A stretch of DNA of 64,000 bases from a virus. The stretch lies in IMG/VR virus record IMGVR_UViG_3300037246_000452, positions 25,219-89,218 of that record; one strand, given 5' to 3'. Below are positions 49,381-58,973 of this stretch, one piece after another; positions within the stretch are counted from its first letter, which is position 1; each line of letters begins with the position of its first letter. The notes beneath the pieces are model-generated. The model made no database searches and had not been told where the DNA came from. It worked only from the letters and a program-made list of their open reading frames with translations. A program made the translations under genes and the position numbers.

Positions 49381-50159
49381 CTCAATTTAATAGTAGCTGG
49401 GTTTACTACAAAATCACTCGGATTGCTTTCGGTAATATCCCCTACAAAATCTAGGTAGGCTACTATAGGCTGAAGGGCTTGGCTTGATTCATTGGTATCT
49501 ATTATGGCCAACCCTGCTGCTGGTCCTATAGTTCCTGTGGCTGTCCATGTAACTGTCGGGGTCTTGAAATACACATCTTGACTTACAATGTCCCTTGCCA
49601 CTGTCAAAGCATCAATTACTTTACTATTTGAGGAGTAGCCTCCTCCAGTTTCTAATTCGTACCCTGTGACACCATCAGTATCCAGAGCTGCTCCGGGCGT
49701 AATTGTACCATCATCAATGTAAGTTTCTACCAGCCCCACTTCGTCAATTAGCTGGGCCTGTCCGGTACCCCTACCATATATCTTATACCCAGTAGCACCA
49801 TTCACCGCTGTCCAGTCTAGTTGCACCCTCTTACTTGGCCCAGATACTACAATGCTATCTTCAGAAGAGCCTAGTGTTTCTCCTACAGAATTTATTGCGG
49901 TTATTCTATAGAACTTTTCCCCAGCCGGCAGTGACCCTGTATCCAATTCTGTCAGGGTATCAATGCTCGGAGTTGCTAAACTGACAATACCTGTATTAGC
50001 AAAGGTGTGAGTTATCGGATTAAAGCTGAAGCCCGACTTCATTAATATGGCCTTTAGTTCATGCGGGGAACCCTGCCCTACTCCCTCATCTCCTAGATTA
50101 ATCTTCGCTGCAATTAACTGCACAAAGAATTCTAACGGTATACGTCCTACTGCTCCCAT
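49368..50159 (-). CDS. tail protein with inserted FN3-like domain
   Basis: LKAILM...F.FNP..H and EL..GGGY core interrupted by YRITAINSVGET...WTAV.GATGYKIY. Confidence 0.65.
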   Translation of the reverse strand: MGAVGRIPLEFFVQLIAAKINLGDEGVGQGSPHELKAILMKSGFSFNPITHTFANTGIVSLATPSIDTLTELDTGSLPAGEKFYRITAINSVGETLGSSEDSIVVSGPSKRVQLDWTAVNGATGYKIYGRGTGQAQLIDEVGLVETYIDDGTITPGAALDTDGVTGYELETGGGYSSNSKVIDALTVARDIVSQDVYFKTPTVTWTATGTIGPAAGLAIIDTNESSQALQPIVAYLDFVGDITESNPSDFVVNPATIKLRWEP

Positions 50160-50168
50160 GGCACCCTC

Positions 50169-53100
50169 CTATAATAAGTATCCATCTAATTGTTTACGTC
50201 CACGCCCTACTATAACGATCTCCTCAGGATTGTTGAATTGCCCTTTTCCATTCCCGAAGCTACCAAAGTTCTTAACGTACTTGGTTACACCGTTCTTAAT
50301 GTAAAAGCCGTTGATTCGATTATTCTTATGATCAACTGAATAAAAATTTGGCCTGTAGTACTCTACTGTTCTCAGGGTAGTCGTAACGCCTGCGGTATTG
50401 GTCACAGTCAATCTCACTAGGTATGTCCCAGAAGAGCTATACACATGGATTGGATTACTCTCATTTGAATACGTCCCATCCCCAAAGTCCCAGAAATACG
50501 TATTAGTCAGTAGGGTTGCATACGGTATATCTGCTACGGTATCCCCTGCATAAACAGTACTTAAAGTCATATTCAAGTCATCTGTAATATCAGCGATACC
50601 ATACTCATCATATCCTGTCCTCTGATAAAGATCAAGGCCACTCTGGGAGCCTCCACTTCTCACAGTTCTTAATGTTGCAGTAGTATTGTCTTGAATCGAT
50701 TCAACTACGTACTCCTCTCCCCCTGCAAGTATAGTCATCAACGGGGAAAGCTCCGTAAGAAATAGCGTCCCAGTTCCTACAAGCTGATCACTGCTAGTAG
50801 TCAGTGCAACAACTCCAGTCCTTACGGTGTAATGCGGAACCCTTATCCTGTCACTGGTGGACAACTCAGAAGTAAAAAGTGTTCCAGTTCCTACTACCAC
50901 CACACTATCATTAATTAAAGCCAGTGTTCCAGTTGCCCCCGTGTAATTAGGCAACTGAGTATTCACAAAGCTTATGGCACCTGCCGGGTCATTCTCAATG
51001 GCAACATAAAATGGAAGTCCAGACTCATCCTCCTCCACATAAGGCTTCGACAACATTAATTTGGTATCACTGATAATACCAAGTACCTTGTATGGTACTC
51101 CATTAATTACAAGACTCATACCCTTTTGTAGGTCCGTGGTAAAGGTCGTTCCAATTCCCACCACAAGAGTACTACCTTGAATAACACTTATAGTCCCGCC
51201 CAAAGCCGTAGACTGACCTAGAGTTGACACACTGGCTGTTACCCCTAACTCGGTCACCCCTAACGTCTTTGTTACAGTCTTGCCATCCTCTGTGGCCTCT
51301 CCTACTGGATATGATAGGGTTGCATTGAAGTCATCTTCTACAGACTCTACCGTATAGAGAAGATCATCAATTGTTATCTCCGTCCCCTGTGTCAGCTCCG
51401 ATACAAATGAGGTTCCTGTTCCTACTATCTGATCACTACCATTGGTTACTGCAACACTTCCAGATACATCTACCTGAATAGTTCTGCCTCCTGTGTATAC
51501 TGTTGTCAAGGTCATCTGCGTTGCGCTTTGTATCGCCTCTACATTGTATTTTACCCCACCAATTACAATCTCGCTCCCGATCTCTAACTGACTTTGAAAG
51601 TCAGTATTGGAGCCTATTACTATATTACTGCCTGCTGCTAACTGCAACGTCCCTATCAGTATAGTGGTTCCAACTCCAGCTGCTACCTCAAAAGCTGCTG
51701 TCTGTATGTCTTCTTCATCGGCAGTTGCTTTCACTGTAATAGTCTGCATGGTAGTTACACTTTCATTATTAACAACTATTGTCACCCGCACAGTATACGT
51801 CCCTGCCTCTGTAAACGTAAAACTAGGACTTGCATCCGTTGACTGAGTTCCAGCTGCCTGTAGGCTGAAGGCTTCTCCGGTGGTATCTACTCCCGCATAT
51901 ACACTGGTTAGGGTCATGTGAGTATCATCTTCAATACTCTCAATTACATAGGTTAATCCGGCTACCTTTATCATCTGACCTACAGTAAATTCCGAGGTAA
52001 ACAGCGTGGAGTCTCCTACCACTTGATCACTTGCCTGCTCCAAGGTCAGGGTTCCGGTCTTGGTGGTTACTGCCCCATCACCAAAATCCCACAAAGCCTC
52101 TCCATCTAAGAGGTCTGACCCATTACCAAAATTAATCGTGGCAGGCACAACCCCATTGGTACTCTCTTCTGGGTAGTTGGTTGCAACAACTCCCCCTACA
52201 ATAGACTCGCCCCCAAACGTCTCAAGTAGCGTAAGGTTAGTGTCATCTTCTATTTCAGCAATCAGGTACAGTGTCCCTTCTAGGTCTAGTAGCATACCCA
52301 CTATCAACTCCGTAGTAAACTTTGTCCCAACACCAACTACATCCTTGCTGCTAGTGGTGATACTCATAGTCCCTGTGAGGACTTTAGTCTTCTGGTACAG
52401 TATCAAGCCCGAATCGGTATCTCCGGGGTAATTTGCAACTAATTGCAAACTCAGATTTGTAGCTATGGAATCTATCACCCCTTCTTCTCCTCCGATCACT
52501 ACAGTCTCACCAACATTCAATTCGGTAGTGAATAAAGTGCCTACTCCTACAACTGACTTTAAGCCATTGGTTACTGATACTGTCCCAGTCATTTCTTTTA
52601 ATCCAGCCAGTACAGGAGCGTTATCACTTGTATTAGGTACAAGGTCAACCGTGTAGTCTGCCCCTATAATTACTATTTGGCTACTGCTGTTAATCCCGTT
52701 TGTTCCTGTGAACTTGGCAGTAGTCTTGAAGTTATCCAGCCCTGAATCTGTGGTATCTCCGTACTTATTCATCAAGGTCATATGCGTATTATCTGCAATG
52801 GTCGATATAATGTACTTAATACCTTCGATCACAATAGCCCCACCCTCTACGTAATCAGTGGTGAAAGTAGTCGTGGTGCCTACAACATCCTTGCTATTCT
52901 GCGTCACCGCAATAGTACCTGTCAGTTTCTCGGTCATACGTATCCCAATCTGCTCACTATGGTTCTGCCCCTTATATACTGTAGCCAAAGTCATATGTGT
53001 GTCGTCAGTAATAGTATCAATGACATACTCAAGCCCTGCAATGATAAGAGTCTCCCCTACTGCCAGTTCCGTAGTAAATGAGGTTCCTGCGCCTACTACT

Positions 53101-54842
53101 GTGTCCTCCCCATAAGTGACTTCAAGCGTACCTGTCATCTTCGGCATAGTGTAGGTAGTTAGGGTTGTTACATATGTGCCTTCATTTGTATATTCGTGAG
53201 TCGGGTTTGCTTCCAAAGATATAGTGCCGTCCCCAAAGTCCCACACTGCCACCTCAAATGTTCCAGAGGTTGTACTGGTAAAATTCACTGCAATAGCATG
53301 GGTAGGAATAACATCTTCTGCATCCACCCCAGCATAATTAGTGGATAAAACTATGTGCGTGTCATCAGTAATGGTATCAATGGTATACGCCACCCCCTCC
53401 AATACGATGGTTTTTCCTTCCTCAAATTCTGTAGTAAAATTCGTACCAAATCCTACAATATTTGCGCTACCGTTGGTTACAGTCACCAACCCTGAGCCGG
53501 CCACAATATTCTTTCCAGATGCCACCTTAACTGCTTTCAGTCCTGAGTCGGTGGTGCCTGCATACGTTGCAGTTAATTTCAAACTCGTGTCACTGATCAC
53601 CTCTTCAATCACATATATAACTCCAGCTATCAGTATTGAATCTCCTAAAGTACATTGCGTGAGGAAAGACGTTCCGTCCCCTGCCACCATGTAGCTCCCA
53701 TTTACCACACTAATAGTCCCAGTCAACTCCACGATGTCATCTATTGTCAGCACCTTATACATGAAGAGTCCTGAATCAGTGCCCCCAGCATAATTAGTAG
53801 TCAAAGTCATATTCGTATCGTCTGCAATAGTATCAATGGTGTATACTTTCTCCCCTATGATAATATACCCTCCTTCAACGTATTCTGTAGTGAAGGCTGT
53901 ATCGGTACCCACCAATGCGGCACTCCCATTTGTAGCTGCAGCTGTACCACTGCCTTTAGCTACAGTCTTGTCAATGCTAATCTCTGCATTAAACGAGGCT
54001 ACTGGGGGTGCTGGTATTGAACATGTAACCGTCAAGTCTGTTGGGTCTGCTGAAACTCCACCTATCCCCTGGTATACCTTAAAGGGCCCTATAAAAGAAC
54101 TAGGCAAATACACCTCACCGTTAACTGCTACCGTCCCTCCACGAAATTGTCCTGAGTAGGCTATAGATTGCACGTAGGCATATGGGCTTGTCTTATTAAA
54201 AATCCTTGTCTCGGATGTTGATGTCCTGATATACAGATACCCCTGATCTACCCCTATAGAAGATACGGAGTCTAGCGTATTAATAGTGGCTACATACACA
54301 TAGGTACTTTGATCGTAGATATATATATTATCGTCCGTAGTATTAGAAATATAGATATAGTCTCCATCTAACGCTATATTTCTAGCTCCATTAGCCGCCC
54401 CTATCGGTGTAAGATTGGTAATAAAGGCAAACGTAGATTTATTATAAATAGCTATTCTGTTATTAGTATTATCCGTTATAAATATTCTTGTATCATCTAC
54501 TTCGATTGTCTCTGGGAAATTGACTGATGGACTAAACTCATCTACCCTCAATCCAGTAGAAATACTATATCTCTGAAGTATATCCCCCCTTAAAACGTAA
54601 ATATAAGTATCATCTACAGCAAAACCATTAATACCTGTTCCTGTAGGGTTACTAAGCGTCAGGCCTCCTTCAGGAGTTCCATCCATTTGATAATAGTGAA
54701 TAGCATAGGGTGAAGATGGAACACCACCTCCATTTATTCCCCAATAGATTCTATCCGCTGTAACAGCTACGCCACCATTAGGGTCAATCTCTTGGGCTAT
54801 AATCCCATGCACGAACTCCCTTTTATAATCAAATAACGCCAT
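50169..54842 (-). CDS. large tail/adhesion protein: beta-propeller, 3 PKD domains, 13 repeats of about 70 aa
   Basis: WDFGDG three times; 13 GT..V..GS..V.G.GT.F.TE modules; propeller blades at both termini. Confidence 0.8.
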   Translation of the reverse strand: MALFDYKREFVHGIIAQEIDPNGGVAVTADRIYWGINGGGVPSSPYAIHYYQMDGTPEGGLTLSNPTGTGINGFAVDDTYIYVLRGDILQRYSISTGLRVDEFSPSVNFPETIEVDDTRIFITDNTNNRIAIYNKSTFAFITNLTPIGAANGARNIALDGDYIYISNTTDDNIYIYDQSTYVYVATINTLDSVSSIGVDQGYLYIRTSTSETRIFNKTSPYAYVQSIAYSGQFRGGTVAVNGEVYLPSSFIGPFKVYQGIGGVSADPTDLTVTCSIPAPPVASFNAEISIDKTVAKGSGTAAATNGSAALVGTDTAFTTEYVEGGYIIIGEKVYTIDTIADDTNMTLTTNYAGGTDSGLFMYKVLTIDDIVELTGTISVVNGSYMVAGDGTSFLTQCTLGDSILIAGVIYVIEEVISDTSLKLTATYAGTTDSGLKAVKVASGKNIVAGSGLVTVTNGSANIVGFGTNFTTEFEEGKTIVLEGVAYTIDTITDDTHIVLSTNYAGVDAEDVIPTHAIAVNFTSTTSGTFEVAVWDFGDGTISLEANPTHEYTNEGTYVTTLTTYTMPKMTGTLEVTYGEDTVVGAGTSFTTELAVGETLIIAGLEYVIDTITDDTHMTLATVYKGQNHSEQIGIRMTEKLTGTIAVTQNSKDVVGTTTTFTTDYVEGGAIVIEGIKYIISTIADNTHMTLMNKYGDTTDSGLDNFKTTAKFTGTNGINSSSQIVIIGADYTVDLVPNTSDNAPVLAGLKEMTGTVSVTNGLKSVVGVGTLFTTELNVGETVVIGGEEGVIDSIATNLSLQLVANYPGDTDSGLILYQKTKVLTGTMSITTSSKDVVGVGTKFTTELIVGMLLDLEGTLYLIAEIEDDTNLTLLETFGGESIVGGVVATNYPEESTNGVVPATINFGNGSDLLDGEALWDFGDGAVTTKTGTLTLEQASDQVVGDSTLFTSEFTVGQMIKVAGLTYVIESIEDDTHMTLTSVYAGVDTTGEAFSLQAAGTQSTDASPSFTFTEAGTYTVRVTIVVNNESVTTMQTITVKATADEEDIQTAAFEVAAGVGTTILIGTLQLAAGSNIVIGSNTDFQSQLEIGSEIVIGGVKYNVEAIQSATQMTLTTVYTGGRTIQVDVSGSVAVTNGSDQIVGTGTSFVSELTQGTEITIDDLLYTVESVEDDFNATLSYPVGEATEDGKTVTKTLGVTELGVTASVSTLGQSTALGGTISVIQGSTLVVGIGTTFTTDLQKGMSLVINGVPYKVLGIISDTKLMLSKPYVEEDESGLPFYVAIENDPAGAISFVNTQLPNYTGATGTLALINDSVVVVGTGTLFTSELSTSDRIRVPHYTVRTGVVALTTSSDQLVGTGTLFLTELSPLMTILAGGEEYVVESIQDNTTATLRTVRSGGSQSGLDLYQRTGYDEYGIADITDDLNMTLSTVYAGDTVADIPYATLLTNTYFWDFGDGTYSNESNPIHVYSSSGTYLVRLTVTNTAGVTTTLRTVEYYRPNFYSVDHKNNRINGFYIKNGVTKYVKNFGSFGNGKGQFNNPEEIVIVGRGRKQLDGYLL

Positions 54843-54843
54843 A

Positions 54844-55812
54844 CTATCCTCCGCATTGTGATTGTACTACATTGGTTGGATTCTCTGAATCATCTTCCCC
54901 TGCATACGCATATACTCTGAAATAATTCACATCCGTTGCCCTGATACCATCTTGAGCATACGTGACTCCGTATTGCTCAACATCTGACCCCACGGTGGCA
55001 ACCTCTACCCAACTATCTGTGCCGTTTGGTGAGCGTTCTATTCTAAAGCCGTCCTCGCTTCCTGAGTTGTCAGTCCACTCCAATAGTATTTCTACATCAA
55101 TATCAACCGTTTGACTTACTGATTCTTTATCAACTGTCAATGTAATGGTATAACTCCCACCATCTGCGTACTGATGATTTGGATGTGTTTCAGTAGATGT
55201 AATTCCGTCCCCAAAATCCCAGAGATATGAACTCTTAGCGTTGGTAGCCTTGTTGGTGCAGTAAACCTTATACCCCCCAACTTCATACTCATAGTCAACA
55301 ACCGTTGGCAGGTCGCTTACAGTTAATTGTAACTCATAAGTATCCTGTACCTTATCTGCTTGGTTGATTGCTGTCACTCGTACTATATAATTCCCCCCAG
55401 ATGAATACGTGTGTTCTGGGTTCTCTTCTGTACTTGTCTCCCCGTCCCCAAACTCCCAGTATAACACGTCATAAATTCCTAAACTTATATTCAAGAATTG
55501 TACAACTCCATCCGTATACTCCGTGTATGCAAAACGAGCTGTTGGCGGTTGCACAGGTGGTATAACAGGTTCCACAGGTGGCCAGTCCCCCGGTTCAATA
55601 GGATACTCTGAAGGCCAGTCATTACCTCCTAAATTTGGAGAGCTACCAATACCGGCAGAACTACTATGAAGTTGTGGTCTCTGGGCTTTACCATCTTTAA
55701 TGCTTAGAGTCCCGTCATCATTCTGCTGAATATTAAGTAATGGCCCTACGTCCTCGTCATACCCATCCCCAAATCCCATTTTAATCTCCCCCGCTAAACA
55801 TACAAACTCCAT
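54844..55812 (-). CDS. PKD/FN3 domain tail protein
   Basis: W(E/D)FGDG..ST...P.H.Y twice; LEWTDNS..EDGFRIERS..YFRVYAY. Confidence 0.8.
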   Translation of the reverse strand: MEFVCLAGEIKMGFGDGYDEDVGPLLNIQQNDDGTLSIKDGKAQRPQLHSSSAGIGSSPNLGGNDWPSEYPIEPGDWPPVEPVIPPVQPPTARFAYTEYTDGVVQFLNISLGIYDVLYWEFGDGETSTEENPEHTYSSGGNYIVRVTAINQADKVQDTYELQLTVSDLPTVVDYEYEVGGYKVYCTNKATNAKSSYLWDFGDGITSTETHPNHQYADGGSYTITLTVDKESVSQTVDIDVEILLEWTDNSGSEDGFRIERSPNGTDSWVEVATVGSDVEQYGVTYAQDGIRATDVNYFRVYAYAGEDDSENPTNVVQSQCGG

Positions 55813-58582
55813 TCACCCGATTCACATTTGTACCATTTTTCTGTGGTGGTGTCAACTCCAAACTCTGCGCTCCAGCTAAGTTAAAGGTCATCCATCGCCT
55901 CGCTGCAACCCCCTCATTCTCCAAGTCGGTATAGGGTGGAAACTCCTGATCTGGTGTTACATAATCTGGATGGAGTACCTGAGATGTTATATTCAACTCA
56001 TGGTATACTTTTACCGGAAACACATCGAATCCCACCATTAACATATTAGCTGCTTCTGACGTGAATATCCGAGTAATATGATTATTTTCCTGTTCGAGAT
56101 CATCCCCGTCCTCATTGTACCCTATATTCATATACGGTCCAAGGGCATACATATCAATGTTAGCTATGGGAGCACCTACATATTCCCAACCGGCCACACT
56201 CAACCTATTCTCCCTAATCTCATGCGTATACTCTAGTTGAGTCTTTGTGCCATTAATTGCAATCCAATACTGAACCTCACTTACAATCACTGTCCTTCGC
56301 AACTGGGCATAAAAATACTCAGACACATTAAATACCCGCATAGTCTTGTAGGGTAGCCATTCCATGCTGTGAGACTTATAAACCACCTTCTTATACAGAA
56401 CCATATCAAACTTGTTATCTACGTGAGAATGAAGTATTTGGTAATCTGTTGGTCTAATTAGTATAGGACCATTATGGTCTGCTCGGATACCTGCGTCTAC
56501 ATTCTGCCCGTAAAGCTTAATAACATCCTGCCACCCATCAGAATCTACCTCAACCTCGGATACCATAAGACTTGCCTTCTGCTCCGTGAACTCCGTATCT
56601 TTCTCCTTCCTAACATATGTGATCTTATCTCCCATACAGGTATGGATGAGCACCACATCATTTTTAATATACTCTTGTCCTGACTTGGTGGTATATCCAC
56701 TAAAATCAGTTTCTTTTCCATATAGTGTATTAGCATCAATATTATAGGCCAGCTCAACCTCACTTCTAGTATAGCTTACACCTTCACTTTCCTGCTCCTG
56801 TAACTCAGTATCATACACTCCTGCCGTCATTGGTGTGGCCAGCTTGTTACCCCCCCCATCTTCAAACGTGATAGCTTGTATGAGATTCTGCGTTGCATCG
56901 TTCTCTGGGTCAAACTTCCCCATACCAGCCAGTGCCACAGGAAACTCAGGTGAAGCATTCCCCCCTATGACTGTAGACTTACGTTCAGTGAAGCGAGAAT
57001 TGCCCGTAGTGCCTCCCGGTGTATCTATCGGGGTTGGTAGGTCTCTTTCCTCGGTATATGTCCGTGTGAAGGCATCTCCTCCCTCAGGAATGATTATCTT
57101 GCTGTTCCAGATTAACCCTGCCTTAGGAAATATGTCGGTAAAGGATGCCGTTCTCCAGTTATCTGCTAAGATGATTCCACCCTCGGCCTTAATTGCCTGA
57201 TTCACGGAGATAATACCAGTCTCAGTATACCTGCACACATCAGATGTTGGTTTCATAGCATAAGGACTTTGAGTCAAACTTAACGCTGGAAAAATGAAGT
57301 CATAAGAAAAGCCCCTCCCCGGGATAGACACGCTGGCTGCTATCCATATTTCATCTTCGTTACTCTGGTTGGTCATGAACCGAGCCTTCAGACCCTGCTG
57401 CATCTTCATTGAGATTCCTGTTGCTGTTTCCGGTAGTCCCATCCCCTCAGCAAAGGTATATCTATATTTGAAGTCCGTAAAGTCCGTGTAGCTGGTTCCT
57501 CCCTCTGGTATATCAAGGTCAGTCACTAGGATTGCATACTTCCCATCATCGATTAAGTCCCACCCTCCAAGATCAGTTGTTTCGATCATCTCTCCTTTCT
57601 TCAGGATGTAGTACCGCCTCTCATATTCAAGAGTTGTATCCCCTGAGAAACATACGACTAGAAGGTTACATGGCCTTGGATTAGTCTCAAAACCTATCAC
57701 CTTTGGTATAGGCTGAAACAGTTGAGTTACACTGCCATCGCTCCGGGTTGCTTCAGCTGTCAGAATTCCCTGCTCGAATTGTACAAGTATCCGATCTCCT
57801 ACTGCAAAGGCATCCCCGTCACAATCCATGTAGGTCACCAGCACCCGATTATACACTCTCTGCTGATTACAATTAAGTTGCTGATTCGTGTCTTCTATGT
57901 GGTACAGTTCTTCATCCAATTGGACAGTACAAAGATTACTATCATCCTTAGCAAATGCTATTAAAGTTGCTGCTCTATATATTGGCCTCCATTTCTTCGC
58001 CCCGGGCAGTAGACTCCAGTTGTAGAATACAGCTGCCCCTGTCATAATTGCTGCTGGTACTACCTTTCCATCCGTAACCTGAGTATACTCTGCTACCCCC
58101 TCAACTCCCCCGGGTTTAATCATAATCTCGTGATTATCTTCTCTTGCTATTTCAACTGTCCCGATCTCACCGGCCAAGGCAGTATTATAGTCAGCACACC
58201 ATGCCGTCTTTTCTTCTCCGTCTGCAAGCTCCTTAACCCTCTCTAACCTCTGCTCATACCCAGTAATCTCCAGTTCTATTAAAGCCACATTCCTTGTGGC
58301 TATATCAAGAGCTCTAGTCAGCCCATCTACAGTTGCAGATAATTCCCTAAGTACTTCCAGCGGTTCTTTGGCAACTATAGCAAGATTCAATACAGTAAGC
58401 GCAGCTGTACGCCTATTACGTGTACCTGCAAGCTCATTATCAAAAGCTATATTGGTTTCCCTCAAGACCACAATCCTCTGCTCATATTCAGCGACAAGGG
58501 CTGTTAATATAGCCTCGTCATACACGTACTTAATCTTATATTCCCCTGCACCTAAATTATCAATTATAACACCTTTACCCAT
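55781..58582 (-). CDS. tail tip/baseplate protein
   Basis: MGKG.I....G.G.Y, coiled coil, AWCAD, YM.C...AF..GD, PKVIGF; follows the TMP and distal-tail-like gene. Confidence 0.6.
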   Translation of the reverse strand: MGKGVIIDNLGAGEYKIKYVYDEAILTALVAEYEQRIVVLRETNIAFDNELAGTRNRRTAALTVLNLAIVAKEPLEVLRELSATVDGLTRALDIATRNVALIELEITGYEQRLERVKELADGEEKTAWCADYNTALAGEIGTVEIAREDNHEIMIKPGGVEGVAEYTQVTDGKVVPAAIMTGAAVFYNWSLLPGAKKWRPIYRAATLIAFAKDDSNLCTVQLDEELYHIEDTNQQLNCNQQRVYNRVLVTYMDCDGDAFAVGDRILVQFEQGILTAEATRSDGSVTQLFQPIPKVIGFETNPRPCNLLVVCFSGDTTLEYERRYYILKKGEMIETTDLGGWDLIDDGKYAILVTDLDIPEGGTSYTDFTDFKYRYTFAEGMGLPETATGISMKMQQGLKARFMTNQSNEDEIWIAASVSIPGRGFSYDFIFPALSLTQSPYAMKPTSDVCRYTETGIISVNQAIKAEGGIILADNWRTASFTDIFPKAGLIWNSKIIIPEGGDAFTRTYTEERDLPTPIDTPGGTTGNSRFTERKSTVIGGNASPEFPVALAGMGKFDPENDATQNLIQAITFEDGGGNKLATPMTAGVYDTELQEQESEGVSYTRSEVELAYNIDANTLYGKETDFSGYTTKSGQEYIKNDVVLIHTCMGDKITYVRKEKDTEFTEQKASLMVSEVEVDSDGWQDVIKLYGQNVDAGIRADHNGPILIRPTDYQILHSHVDNKFDMVLYKKVVYKSHSMEWLPYKTMRVFNVSEYFYAQLRRTVIVSEVQYWIAINGTKTQLEYTHEIRENRLSVAGWEYVGAPIANIDMYALGPYMNIGYNEDGDDLEQENNHITRIFTSEAANMLMVGFDVFPVKVYHELNITSQVLHPDYVTPDQEFPPYTDLENEGVAARRWMTFNLAGAQSLELTPPQKNGTNVNRVNGVCMFSGGD

Positions 58583-58613
58583 CTTGCCCTCCGTGACATT
58601 AATTGCAAAAGTA

Positions 58614-58964
58614 TTAGGACAGCTTTTCTTCTAGTCTCAACCTCAACAACGTGCCATTACTATTAGGTGTATTATCCGCAATAGTTCCTTTAAACACTCC
58701 TTCTGGGACAGCTATATAGAACTCTTCGTAATCTAACATAAGACTCTTGATCTGCTCCACTACAGATTTGGTAGGATTCCATACCTGCACCATGAACACT
58801 CGATCTCCCTGAGACACGCCCCCATGGTGAAAAAACACTCCTCCATCGAGAGTCTTATCTACTGTCAACCTACGGTTCAAGGTATCCCCATCCACTTTAG
58901 CTGCTGATTTACTGAAGAGCAAAGCTCCATCAATATTAAATGTGGTTGTCGTAATCGAAATCAT
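58614..58964 (-). CDS. distal tail-like protein
   Basis: RR....TLDGG......G.S.GDR; directly after the TMP. Confidence 0.55.
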   Translation of the reverse strand: MISITTTTFNIDGALLFSKSAAKVDGDTLNRRLTVDKTLDGGVFFHHGGVSQGDRVFMVQVWNPTKSVVEQIKSLMLDYEEFYIAVPEGVFKGTIADNTPNSNGTLLRLRLEEKLS

Positions 58965-58973
58965 AATGCCCCC

